NCBI GenBank assembly: GCA_964016885.1
Contig: OZ024754.1
Span: forward strand, 31,496,001-31,560,000
DNA from: Eledone cirrhosa
Taxonomy: Eukaryota
Reading direction: 5' to 3'
DNA: 64,000 nucleotides
The notes under the pieces: generated by a model
Told to the model about the DNA's origin: nothing
The model's input: only the letters and a program-made list of their open reading frames with translations
Databases searched by the model: none
Made by a program: the position numbers and the translations under genes
Shown here: positions 28,438 to 41,292 of the stretch, one piece after another
How positions within the stretch are numbered: the stretch's first letter is position 1
Layout of the letters: every line of letters starts with the position of its first letter

Positions 28438-28441
<4 letters not shown>
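28332..28441. repeat. Palindrome centred near 28382
   Basis: ACATTTTAAAAAGAAAATATGTG...GTATAC...CACATATTTTCTTTTTAAAATGT, followed by (TA)n. Confidence 0.7.
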
Positions 28442-28488
<47 letters not shown>

Positions 28489-29224
28489 TAAACTAACTAG
28501 GAACTATAAAGCCAAGCTTATATAAATAATAGCCATATATCTCCAATAGATTTTCTATGAAAACAAACTTATGAATAAAATAAACATTTACAGTTTCATT
28601 CCACTTTTATCTGAGAGATAAGAGATGTCTGTCTGTGTGTAGATATTGAGAGGAAATCAGGAGTGGTAAGGTAAGCTATGGTTCTTAGAACTGGTGGTGT
28701 GGTGTGGTGTGGTGTAGAGTGATGTCAGTTGAGTCATAAAGGAAGATCACTTTGAAACTTTTCATTTGACTTTTCTTTCTTTAAACTGAATATATAGGAA
28801 AGGGGAAGAGAGAGGTGTGGTGGATGAGAGTGTGTGTGTGTGTGTGTGTGTGTGTATGAGACTTCGGCAATAATAATCTGCCCCGAAACCGCCCTGATTT
28901 AATGATATAGAACTGTGTTCATTTTAAAGTGTTCATATATATATATATAATAATTAAGACTTTCCATCATAATTTTATTTTAAATATATTTTTGTTCAGT
29001 AATATTCCAAACATTAGTTTCATCATCATCATCACCATTTAACATGCATATTTCATGCTTGCATGGGTTAGACGGCTGTCATGTGTTGAAAGTAGCTTGG
29101 CCAGGTGACCACGTCCTGCCCTGTATGCTCCGTTTTTTTGGCGTAGTTTCTATGGCTTGATGCCCTACCTAACACCAACCACTGGGAACATTTTATCGGC
29201 ACTACCACCTTACAAGGTGAACTG

Positions 29225-29490
29225 GGTGCTTTTTATCATGGCACCAGCACTAACCCCTCACAGGGTAGAGTGGGTGTATCTTATCATGGCACCAGCATTA
29301 ACACCCTACAGGGTAGACTGGATGCTTTTTATCGTGGCACCAGCACTAACACCTTACAGGGTGGATTGGGTGTATCTTATCGTGGCACCAGCACTAACAC
29401 CTCACAGGGTGGACTGGGTGTATTTTATCGTGGCACTAGCATTACCACATTACAGGGTAGTCTTGATGCATTTCATCATGGCACCAGCTT
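29225..29490. repeat. About 48-bp diverged tandem repeat, SINE-internal origin
   Basis: TTATCGTGGCACCAGCACTAACACCTTACAGGGTGGACTGGGTGT, 5-6 copies. Confidence 0.85.
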
Positions 29491-29569
29491 ACTAATGAAA
29501 AATTTAGGAATTTTATTAAATTCCTTTAAATTTTCAAAATTTATTGAAACTCGGTTTGGATATTTCCTT

Positions 29570-30051
29570 AGAAATATGGTACAGAAAGGTTTAATATGGC
29601 TATTGGGTGTTATGTTGGTGTTATATTCCAGAAATATGGTAACGAAAGGTTTAAGATGGCTGTTGGGTGTTATGTTGGTGTTATATTCCAGAAATATGGT
29701 ACGGAAAGGTTTAATATGGCTATTGGGTGTTATGTTGCTGTTATATTCCAGAAATATGGTAACGAAAGGTTTAAGATGGCTGTTGGGTGTTATGTTGGTG
29801 TTATATTCCAGAAATATGGTAACGAAAGGTTTAAGATGGCTGTTGGGTGTTATGTTGGTGTTATATTCCAGAAATATGGTACGGAAAGGTTTAATATGGC
29901 TATTGGGTGTTATGTTGCTGTTATATTCCAGAAATATGGTAACGAAAGGTTTAAGATGGCTGTTGGGTGTTATGTTGGTGTTATATTCCAGAAATATGGT
30001 AACGAAAGGTTTAAGATGGCTGTTGGGTGTTATGTTGGTGTTATATTCCAG
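29570..30051. repeat. 60-bp tandem repeat x8
   Basis: AGAAATATGGTAACGAAAGGTTTAAGATGGCTGTTGGGTGTTATGTTGGTGTTATATTCC, with two variants. Confidence 0.96.
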
Positions 30052-30435
30052 TTTCCACAAATGTCTTCATTGCCATCATTTTTGATTTACATCCTATTTC
30101 CAAGACTAGATAGATGGGCTGGAGAACTACATCTTTCTCCTACATTTTAGCAGGGTTTCTATGGCTGGACGCTCTTCCTTAACCCTTTCATGACTGCATT
30201 TCTAATGAAATACACTCTATTTCAATTAATTAATGAAGAATTTTAAGGGATTTACTAAAATTATTAATTATTCCATTGTAACTTAACAGATGGTTCTTAT
30301 ATAAAACTATACTGGAAGATTCTAGAGACAATGTGAGAGACTGGGTGAGAAACAGAGTGATATTGAGAGAGAAAAAGGACAAAGAGAGAGTGTGACAGAT
30401 AGTGAGAATGGGAGACAGAGAGAGAGAGAGAGAGA

Positions 30436-30468
<33 letters not shown>

Positions 30469-30694
30469 TGAAAGTGAGAAAGTTATAAAAAACTGGTTGA
30501 TTTATGAAGCAATAGGAAATTTGAAAACATAGTTGCCATAATGCAGATAACTATAAATAATAGTTGAATAAATCGAGCAAAGTATCCCCTGGAGATGGAA
30601 AATAAGTAGACAGAGATGGCTGCGGGGAATCAGAGTGTTCTCAACCATTATGCCAAATAGCCTTTGGCTACCAATTACCATCACTCTAGAAGAT

Positions 30695-30911
30695 TTAACC
30701 CTTTAGTATTTACATTACTCTATATTTACTATTATATTGACACAGAAAAGGCTTTATCTTACATAATATCGAATCTATGAGATTTTGATATTATTTATTT
30801 TGAGAACAATACCTTAACATAAGTATGAGTGGCCAGTTACAGTCGGTTTGAACAGAAAGAGGTGAGAGAATTCTGGCAGGATATGGTTGGTTTTAAATAC
30901 TAAAGGGTTAA
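30695..30911 (+). mobile_element. piggyBac-like MITE, family 1
   Basis: TTAACCCTTTAGTATTTA...TAAATACTAAAGGGTTAA. Confidence 0.8.
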
Positions 30912-31616
30912 ACATGTAGCTCGAGGTGTAATAGTTGAGCATGCTCACCCAGTGTCTGAGGGATGAATGGTTTAATTCCCAATTTATTCAACTATTAGTT
31001 ACAGTTATCAACTATTGTTATAGTTACCTGCAATGTGGTGAATATATTTTCAAATGAGAAAGTTAAATTTATGAGTTGAGATAAATTTAAGTTGTTTAAC
31101 ACCATTAAGAAGTCAGCAGACTTACAAGAACCCGGTTTAATGCAACTGACCCACTATAGAAATATAAAGGGTTATTTACATAACTAATATCTCCGGTGAA
31201 AACCCTTCCATAAAGCCTTATCTATTTCCTTGCAGTTTTTCATAACATGGCTATTAACTAAAACATATCATATCTGCTTCTCCTTATTCCAGACACTTCT
31301 CTCTCTCTTTCCTCCTCCACCACCTCCCTCTTAACAACACAGTCCTCCCCCACAATCTTCTGCCAGTAATCTCCCCTTCTCTCCCTTCTCCTGTCTCTCT
31401 CTCAAGAACCCCTCCCTCCCCAAACACACACATAATATTCTGCTCGTTATACCAGACATGATCTATGGATGGATGACACATCCAGCTAAAAAGATTGGTG
31501 GGAAATAGAGTTCTGGAGATTAAATAGAAGCTGTTATATATATATATGTGTGTGTGTGTAAACATATAAATATGTACACATATATGAATATATATATATA
31601 TACACATATATAAATG

Positions 31617-31662
<46 letters not shown>

Positions 31663-31702
31663 AATATATATATATGTGTGTGTGTGTGTGTATATATATA
31701 TA

Positions 31703-31768
<66 letters not shown>

Positions 31769-32695
31769 GAATAGGGGGAATGAAGAAAGAGGATGAAAAA
31801 AGAGAGAGAAATGATAAAGTTTAAGACTTGAACCCAAACTAATTAGACAGGAACTAAATGCTCAAATAAAAATAAAAATAAAAATAATAATAATAAAAAA
31901 GAATAAAAAAGTTTCATTCAATTTTCAAAATGGAAATAAATCTTAAAAGTTTATTTTTTTATTATTTTTTTTTTAAGGTGCCACCAAGTTCTAGAGATAA
32001 AATAGCAAAATATGTCTTGAAATAACATTATCATAGAACTTGGTGCTCCATATAAAACATGTGAAGCATTAACTACAGATCCTGTTCATTAATGCTTCCA
32101 TTACCATATTTCTAATGAATGTCAGTACCTATAATTCTACGATTTACAAATCATTATCATTATCATCATCATCCTCCTCACCACCATCACCGCCATTTTC
32201 TTCTTTGCTCACTTATTCCTGAGAAGGTTGTAGAGGCACAGTCCTCAGACACTCCTTCCAGTGGGTCCTGTCAGAAGAAATTGTCTCCAACTGATCCGGC
32301 TGTATCTCCAAGACTGAGTTTGTGGATGTTATCTAACCATCTTGCGCAGGGTTGGAAATAATCAGGAATTTAGAGGGATTTAGTAAAATAATTAACTGTC
32401 TCATTATTTATCAGGGGGTTGGAAACATATAAGAAAGATTGTTATATAAAATTATGATGGAAAGATTTTAGACAAATATAAATAATTTAAACCCTTTTCT
32501 TACCATATTTCTAAAGAAAAACACTGCCTATAATTTAAAAAAATCATTAGGAATGCAGAGGGATAAATATAAATAACTTTCTCATAATCAAGTTGGTATT
32601 TGGAACATAACTTAACAAAAGTTTTTATGTAGAATTGTGGTGGAGAGTTTAAAATGAATATAAATACTTTAAAATACAGTTTATTATTGTGGGAC

Positions 32696-33876
32696 CATGG
32701 GTGGTGGATTGGCAGTATCTGTAGACCATGGGCGGTGGATTGGCAGTATCTGTAGACCATGGGTGGTGGATTGGCAGTATCTGTAGAGCATGGGTGGTGG
32801 ATTGGCAGTATCTGTAGAGCATGGGTGGTGGATTGGCAGTATCTGTAGACCATGGGTGGTGGATTGGCAGTATTTGTAGAGCATGGGTGGTGGATTGGCA
32901 GTATCTGTAGACCATGGGTGGTGGATTGGTAGTATCTGTAGAGCATGGGTGGTGGATTGGCAGTATCTGTAGAGCATGGGTGGTGGATTGGTAGTATCTG
33001 TAGAGCATGGGTGGTGGATTGGCAGTATCTGTAGAGCATGGGTGGTGGATTGGTAGTATCTGTAGAGCATGGGTGGTGGATTGGCAGTATCTGTAGAGCA
33101 TGGGTGGTGGATTGGCAGTATCTGTAGAGCATGGGTGGTGGATTGGCAGTATCTGTAGAGCATGGGTGGTGGATTGGTAGTATCTGTAGAGCATGGGTGG
33201 TGGATTGGTAGTATCTGTAGAGCATGGGTGGTGGATTGGTAGTATCTGTAGAGCATGGGTGGTGGATTGGTAGTATCTGTAGAGCATGGGTGGTGGATTG
33301 GTAGTATCTGTAGAGCATGGGTGGTGGATTGGTAGTATCTGTAGAGCATGGGTGGTGGATTGGTAGTATCTGTAGAGCATGGGTGGTGGATTGGTAGTAT
33401 CTGTAGAGCATGGGTGGTGGATTGGTAGTATCTGTAGAGCATGGGTGGTGGATTGGTAGTATCTGTAGAGCATGGGTGGTGGATTGGCAGTATCTGTAGA
33501 GCATGGGTGGTGGATTGGCAGTATCTGTAGAGCATGGGTGGTGGATTGGCAGTATCTGTAGAGCATGGGTGGTGGATTGGCAGTATCTGTAGAGCATGGG
33601 TGGTGGATTGGTAGTATCTGTAGAGCATGGGTGGTGGATTGGCAGTATCTGTAGAGCATGGGTGGTGGATTGGCAGTATCTGTAGAGCATGGGTGGTGGA
33701 TTGGTAGTATCTGTAGAGCATGGGTGGTGGATTGGCAGTATTTGTAGAGCATGGGTGGTGGATTGGCAGTATCTGTAGAGCATGGGTGGTGGATTGGTAG
33801 TATCTGTAGAGCATGGGTGGTGGATTGGCAGTATTTGTAGAGCATGGGTGGTGGATTGGCAGTATCTGTAGAGCAT
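32696..33876 (+). repeat. 31-bp minisatellite, about 38 copies, running into a SINE body (33846-34070)
   Basis: CATGGGTGGTGGATTGG(C/T)AGTATCTGTAGAG. Confidence 0.97.
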
Positions 33877-34322
33877 CGGACAACACGGTTTGTGGCATAT
33901 AGTTACGGTTCTTTACGTTCTTAGTTCAAATCCTGCTGAGGTTAGCTTTGCCTTTCATCCTTACAGGGTCGATAAAATAAAGTACCAGTAACGTACTGGG
34001 GTTGATATAATTGACCCCCCCCCCCAAAAAAAAAAACATTGTTGACCTTGTGCCTAAATCAGAAACTATTATTGTAGGACCATGATATGTTTCAGGCAGT
34101 TTGACATCAAAAGAATTAATAGCTGGTTACAGAGAATGGCAGGATAGAGAGATATGAACAAAGAGAAATTTGATTCAGTTGCTAGGTTCAAAAAGGGAAA
34201 GGAAGAAACCTTCTCTCCATTGGTCTCTCCATTACTGATACTATCTGCCAGTTGCAACTTATGGCAAGAGGAGGCAGGATTTGAAAGGTCTGAGAATCGA
34301 ACCCATGACCTTATGATTGTGA

Positions 34323-34856
34323 GTCCAACATCCTAACCACTAGACACTATGACTTCATGGAGTCTTATATAGGTTGTCCAACAGTCTAACCATTAGGCCA
34401 CACTCCATAGCTGTGACTATGAGTCCAACATCCTAACCACTAGGGGACACACCATCCAGTCCAAAATCCTAACCACTAGGAGACACACCATCCAGTCCAA
34501 CACTCTAACCACTAGGGGACACACGATCCAGTCCAACACTCTAACCACTAGGGGACACACAATCCAGTCCAACACTCTAACCACTAGGGGACACGCCACC
34601 CAGTCCAACACCCTAACCACTAGGGGACACACCATCCAGTCCAACACTGTAACCACTAGGGGACACACCATCCAGTCCAACACCCTAACCACTAGGGGAC
34701 ACACCATCCAGTCCAACACTCTAACCACTAGGGGACACACCATCCAGTCCAACACTCTAAGCACTAGACTATATGCTTTCATGGGGTCTTAGATATGTTG
34801 TCCAACACCTAACCACTAGGCCACACACCATCCAGTCCAACACCCGAACCATTAGA
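34323..34856 (-). repeat. 36-bp minisatellite, about 10 core copies plus degenerate flanks
   Basis: AGTCCAACACTCTAACCACTAGGGGACACACCATCC. Confidence 0.93.
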
Positions 34857-37051
34857 CTATATGTCTTCATGTTGTCAAGAAGAAACCAATATAGTGAGGA
34901 CAAAGTCAACCTATATACAGTCATCACATCTTACCCATACCAAAAACAAAACAATGTCTAACAGAAATAAAGAAACGAACAGATCAGATTGGGCCAAGGA
35001 AACAGTGTTTCCATTGCTGATACTATCTATGAGTTGCAACTCCTGGCAGAATGAGGAAAGTTATGAACTCATAAATTCTAAGTCACATGCCTGCCAACCT
35101 CTAAAGTCCCAAACGGAGAATACCATGAAAAAGGTGCTCCAAAACGGGGAGAAATGAGGCAAAATGGGGAGATTTTACATAATGAAAGCTATACCCATTT
35201 TCACAAGACAAAACATCTCTGACCCACCCCAAAGTGGGTGAGAGCTCTCAGTCGGACGGGGAGAGTTGATAGGTCTGATGTTGTCCGACAATCAACTATG
35301 CACAAAATAATAATTGTTTCTTCTTTTGGCACAAGGCCAGCAATTATCCCAGTGCATTACTGGTCCTTTATTTTATCGATCCCGTAAGATGAAAGGCAAA
35401 GTTAACCTCGGCGGGATTTGAACTCAGACCGCAAAGGGGCGTAACTCTATGCTACAAAGCATGGCGTCCAACCCTCTCCAAGTTGCAACTCCTGGCAGAA
35501 TGAGGAAAAATATGAACTCATAAATTCTAAGCCGCAATTCATGCTGTAGACCTGCCAACCTCTAAAATCCCAAACGGAGAGTAACATGAGAAAAAGTGCC
35601 CCAAAACGGGAAGAAATGAGGCAAAATTTTACATAATGAAAGCTATACCAATTTTCACAAGAGAAGACATCTCTCACCCACCCACTTTGGGGTGGTTGAT
35701 CTCCCCGACGGACGGGGAGAGTCCGCAGGTTTGATGTTGTCCGACAATCAACTATGCACAGAATAATGGTTTTGATTTAAGCACAATGCCAACAATTTGG
35801 GGGAGGGGAAAGTCAGTTAAATCGTGTGTTACTGGTATTTTATTTTATCGATCCCGTAAAAGTAGATAGGTAGAGAGATGTGTTATGTTGTTAAAGACAT
35901 GGATATTTCCAGTTTCAATTTCTTTATTCGAACCTTATATTTTCTAATAAGACCTCTACACAGGAGATTGTGTTTTTAACACATGTATAAAATAAAACGC
36001 TGTTTCCAAGAATACGATTATATACACACACATATATATATACATATATACATGCGCGTGTGTGTGTGTGAGTGCTTTTATGACATAGCAAATGAGCACT
36101 CAAAATCGAGTCAATGAATGTTAAGTCTTGCTCTTGATAATGTCAGCGTCTTCGTCTAAAAGGACGCCGAGTGTCGCGAGTATTCTTCTACTTCTTTGCT
36201 AGAATAATCTATCTCTACAGTAAATTACATTAATATTATTAATAAAAAATAATGGCTGCCGACCACCAAGTCATTATTATGACAGAAGATGTAAGGATAC
36301 AGATAGAAGATAGATACAGAGCTGGCTTGTTATGTATGAAACCCTTTCAGGTTACTTGGGCAAGTAAAATGGAGTTGGTTCATAATATTAATATATTATT
36401 ATTATCATTATTATAGTTTAATCAATAGATAATTTAGAATACGAAAATGGTCATTAGACGAATGAAAGTGGAGAGGTGAATCACTCATTTAGTTTTTATT
36501 TCTTAACAATTATTTTGCTTAAGATATATAAAATTTTACAAAATGAAAACCGACAGAGAAAAAATGTTAAGAAGAAAGAAATTCAATTTCAGATAAAAAT
36601 ATGTAAATTAGCCAGCCATGTACAATAAACGAAAGTTCAAATGAAATAAGACAATTTTCCCCTAACATGGTTGAGTGAATTATAGAAAATAGCTCCTCCA
36701 CAAATAAAGAGGAAAAAAGAATCATTAAGAAAATTATACATCTAAACATTTATTTTTATATGAAAGAGAAGTGTGAGAGAAGCAACAAAATATGTTTCAC
36801 ATCCCCCAAAAAATCTGACAGTAAATTATCGTCTGCTGAATGAATGAATAATACCTTAAGAGAAAGAACAAACAACCACCATTATTATACAGAGTTCAGC
36901 AACATTTTATTTTATTTTATTTTATTTTTTAATTCTCTCACCCGTCAGACATTCGATAATTGGAAAAGATAAATACGTTTGGACAATATATATATACACA
37001 CACATATATATATATAAATATATATAAATATATATAAATATATATATAAAT

Positions 37052-37090
<39 letters not shown>

Positions 37091-37143
37091 TATATAAATA
37101 TATATATATATATACATGTATATATAAATATATATATATATAA

Positions 37144-37176
<33 letters not shown>

Positions 37177-37756
37177 AATATACATATATATATAAATATA
37201 TATAAATATATAAATATATATATATATAAAATATATATATAAATATATATATATACATATAAACATATATATATACATATAAACATATATATATAAACTT
37301 ATATATATATATAAACTTATATATAAACATATATACACATATATATATATAATATATATATATAAGAAAAACTAAAATCGCCATACAGGTTTTGGAGTTG
37401 GAGTCAATATCTCATTAGGTAAGTGAATTAATTTATTTCTAAATTTAACATAACACTTCGATTACCCCCTCGACGTTTTTCAATCGATATCATCTTTATC
37501 AGTTCATGCCGAATTAAAACAACCAAATAAAGAAATAAAACGTTCGTATTATTTTTTTTTTCAGGAAGAGGAGAGGTGGAGGGGGGGTTCATTGAACAAG
37601 AATAGATTTTTAACGAATTGTATATTTGTTCTAGTCTTTATCGATATGTGTGTATGTTTAAGTGTTTATATATGTATTTATGTGTGTGCTTATGTGTATG
37701 TATATATATATGTGTGAGTGTGTCTAGGTGTGTGCGCGCGTCTGAGTGTATATATA

Positions 37757-37828
<72 letters not shown>

Positions 37829-38627
37829 TGTATGTGTGTGTATGTAGACACACAATCAACATAGCTCAGGTCTATAAATGAATATTCTATTTGCGGATTT
37901 AATAGATTTGTTATATAGATTAATCACAAGAGTATCTCTCTGTCTGTCCCTCTCTCCCCCCTCCCTATCTATCTGTCTCTCTATCCCTTCCTCTCTCTCT
38001 AACTCACTTCCTATCTGTCTCTCTACCTCACTCTCTATCTCTCTCTCTACCTCACTCCCTATCTGTCTCTCTACCTCACTCTCTATCTGTCTCTCTACTC
38101 ACTCTCTATCTGTCTCTCTACCTCACTCTCTATCCGTCTCTCTAACTCACTCTCTATATGTTTCTATCCTTCTTACATAGACTGTTCTCTGTCAGCATTT
38201 TAATGATTTTGGCTCAGTTTGATGATAACTTTGTTTTATAAATAAGCCTTTCATATTTCTGTCTTTAGAGCAGATATCGTGGAGGGCATCAAATGGTACA
38301 TGTAACTCTATCGACCCATTCTTATCTCTCTCTCTCTTTCTATGTGTGTGTGTGTATATATATATATATAATGTGTGTGTGTGTGTGAGAGCGGAGGATG
38401 CGAAATGAATTCGGTCAATGGAACGAGATGTTTTCATTTTCTTCAAAAGAGACTAGAGTGAACGACACCACATATTACAAGATAAGGTGACGGAGATTAT
38501 CTCGATGTACTTTAATGTGTCTATTAGACACAGCAACGACCACTAAATTCAATGGAAACTAATGTTGCGCAGATTAATCGGTATCGGCTTTTTCGCCGAT
38601 TAATCAGATTTGATTATTGGCCATTAT

Positions 38628-38945
38628 TGTTTATCATTATGGGGTCGATAAAATAAAGTACCAGTAATGCACTGGATAATTGCTGGCCTTGTGCCAAAAG
38701 TAGAAACAATTATTATTATTATTAATTAAGAGCGGTAGATTGGCAATAATCCATAGAGCGTCGGACAACATGCTTTGCAATATAGAGTTACGCCCCCTTA
38801 CGTTATGGCCGTTTACGTTCTGAGTTCAAATCCCGCCGAGGTTAGCTTTGCCTTATGGGGTCGATAAAATAAAGTACCAGTAATGTACTGGGTAATTGCT
38901 GGCCTTGCGCCAAAAGTAGAAACAATTATTATTATTATTATTATT
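38628..38945 (+). mobile_element. Two tandem Meta-like SINEs ending in (TTA)n, directly upstream of the LINE
   Basis: GGGGTCGATAAAATAAAGTACCAG...AGTAGAAACAATTATTATT occurs twice. Confidence 0.82.
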
Positions 38946-39244
38946 GAATGCCATGGTTGACGGAGGCTCGGCTCTGTAAGGTATAGTAATTTTTAACCGT
39001 TAAAACAATTGTAAATTGTTTAAAACTTGAACCAAATTGTTGATAAAGACACCCTCCTCCTCGTGAGAGGGGTCTTTCTGTCCGTTATTTGGCCCTTCGG
39101 GGTTAAATAGCCAGTTATTGTGGTTTTGTACCCAAAATTTCATTTTAAACAAAACAACATGGCTACCAAAAAAAAAAATTTCATACGTCACTCCCACTCA
39201 TTCCGTCTTCTTCTTCCTCAATCATCACTACAGGAGAGAGAAGA

Positions 39245-41257
39245 TTGTCTCTCTCCCTCCCTTCTTTAAATGTGTCTCTCTCCCTACCTTCTCTTTCGCA
39301 AGCGACGAAAGAAAAGAAAAGTCTCGTGCAAAGCGTGCAAGGTTTCTCCACGACGACGACGACAGCGACGAAACAGGTGTGCGGGAAATACGAAAACCCA
39401 GTTCATTCGTCTGACGTCAGGAATAATAGCAGTAGCAGCCGTAATAACAACAGCAACAGTGACAATGAAAACAACAGTAGCAGCCGCAACAGCATCACCA
39501 GCAGCATAAACAACAACAGCATTAGCAGCAGCAACACCAACAACAACCACAGCAACAGCGGCGGAGGCAGTAGTCGTAGTACCTGCAGCAACAACAAAAG
39601 TACCAGCAGCTCTGACGACAACAACAACAGCAGAGAAAAACCAATCTCATTTGCAGGTATTGCGAAAAACCTGGAAACAATCCTCATAACAAATGAGGAA
39701 TTAGAGGAAGCGAAGAAGATGGTGACAAAGAACGGACACCGAGCAATCTGCAAGGCAGCGAAAAATTTTTTCGAAACCCAAGAGCACTGTACGGTCACGT
39801 ACCGTACAGTAAGTACAAAATCCCGTAGGGTGGAAAGAGCCACAGAGGCCCAAATACAAAAAGCCTTGGGGTCTGTGTGGCAGAGGAAAACGCACATCAC
39901 CCGAGGCAAAAAATACGCCACCGTAGACGTACTTTTTGCCACACCCCAGGAGGCAAAGGCCCAATCAGTAGTGACCCTAAGGAGCGAGGAAATGGTGTTG
40001 GTGCCCTCCTACTGCGGGCAAAAAATTGTGAGGGTCAAACTGACCCACGTCCCCCCCGGAATGACCCCTTCTTGGCTGGCCGCGTCTGTCCTCGTCGGAA
40101 TCGAGGACAAAACAACTGTACTGCAAGTACAGAAAAAAGTAAGAGAAGATTGGGTCGGCTCCTCCATTGAGATGCTAATCCAAACCAACCAGGAGTGCAT
40201 CGAAGCTATCCCGGATGTGATAGACTTCGATAACGGCACTCAACTGCCCATAAGTGTTGAGGGCAAACGCCCGAAATGCTTTCGCTGTGGATCGAAGACT
40301 CACCTCAGGGCCTTCTGCAACGAGAAGACCCTGAGAAAGGAGAAAACCCCCCTCCTCCCGAATCCGGTTCCACGGCTACCAGCAACAGGACAAGCGGCAA
40401 CCAGGAACGATAGGTCCGTGGCACCCATACCCACTCCACGGAAATCAAAGACAGCAGCAGCAGTGGAAATATTAACAACAACAACAGCAATACCAAATGC
40501 AGCTGCAACAGAGACTCCAGTGCAAACATCACCAACAACAACAAGTGAAAGAGTGGAGCTGGTACCCCTCCCCGACCTTACAGAATCAGACATGGAGTGT
40601 GAGGTGGGAGAGGGATGGCAAAAGGTCTCAAGAAGGCACAAACGCAGAAGCAGCGCATCGTCGCCTTTGAAAAGGGAGGAAAGAAATGAGAAAAGGGTAA
40701 AGTCTACTGCAAAGAGACCCACAGCAGCAACACCACCAACACCATCACCACCCACACCAGCACCACCATCACCACCGGCGACAACCCCACCGCCAACAAC
40801 ACCTTCAACACCACCACCACAAGCACCAACATCGCAAACACAACAACAAAACACACACACCCAGCAACAACGACAAGAAAATAGCAGAACCACACCCCAC
40901 CCCCAGAAAAACAAATGCACGGCAATAAACACACACAACAAGAAACTAATGACTTACATAATTGAACACACAGACATTTCACAACAGGACTACATAATAC
41001 CAGCACCAATCAAAACGCCAACTAACATAAGACTGCTAAAAATAGCACAGAAACAATACACAAACATTAAAACGAAATTCCCCAACGCAGTTGGTGATTT
41101 CAGGGACCTAGGAGGAACCATTAATCGAAGAGTATATTCAGACATTCTCTTAGAAGAGCCGACGACCAGCCGAAGGGACGATTCAACGGTCCCTTCACCA
41201 GACGATCAAGTGAAAAGGGATGTAAAAACCATCCCTCCTCTACCAAAAATACGGTAA
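39245..41257 (+). CDS. LINE ORF1, nucleic-acid-binding gag-like protein with CCHC zinc knuckle
   Basis: 670-codon open frame with CFRCGSKTHLRAFC (C-X2-C-X4-H-X4-C), preceded by an RRM-like alpha/beta region. N/S-rich N-terminus, P/T-rich C-terminus and a basic WQKVSRRHKRR motif. The true start is uncertain: the first in-frame ATG is 39719, and an out-of-frame strong-context ATG lies at 39159. Confidence 0.85.
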   Translation: MSLSLPSLNVSLSLPSLSQATKEKKSLVQSVQGFSTTTTTATKQVCGKYENPVHSSDVRNNSSSSRNNNSNSDNENNSSSRNSITSSINNNSISSSNTNNNHSNSGGGSSRSTCSNNKSTSSSDDNNNSREKPISFAGIAKNLETILITNEELEEAKKMVTKNGHRAICKAAKNFFETQEHCTVTYRTVSTKSRRVERATEAQIQKALGSVWQRKTHITRGKKYATVDVLFATPQEAKAQSVVTLRSEEMVLVPSYCGQKIVRVKLTHVPPGMTPSWLAASVLVGIEDKTTVLQVQKKVREDWVGSSIEMLIQTNQECIEAIPDVIDFDNGTQLPISVEGKRPKCFRCGSKTHLRAFCNEKTLRKEKTPLLPNPVPRLPATGQAATRNDRSVAPIPTPRKSKTAAAVEILTTTTAIPNAAATETPVQTSPTTTSERVELVPLPDLTESDMECEVGEGWQKVSRRHKRRSSASSPLKREERNEKRVKSTAKRPTAATPPTPSPPTPAPPSPPATTPPPTTPSTPPPQAPTSQTQQQNTHTQQQRQENSRTTPHPQKNKCTAINTHNKKLMTYIIEHTDISQQDYIIPAPIKTPTNIRLLKIAQKQYTNIKTKFPNAVGDFRDLGGTINRRVYSDILLEEPTTSRRDDSTVPSPDDQVKRDVKTIPPLPKIR

Positions 41258-41292
41258 GTGGTCTTTCCCATCTTTTCCACTCTATTTTAAAC

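Noticed and set aside
29270-30150. Repetitive membrane-protein-like ORFs
   Set aside because: Products of the 60-bp satellite.
32500-33898. 398-458 aa ORFs on the minus strand
   Set aside because: They are translations of a stop-free 31-bp minisatellite in all three frames.
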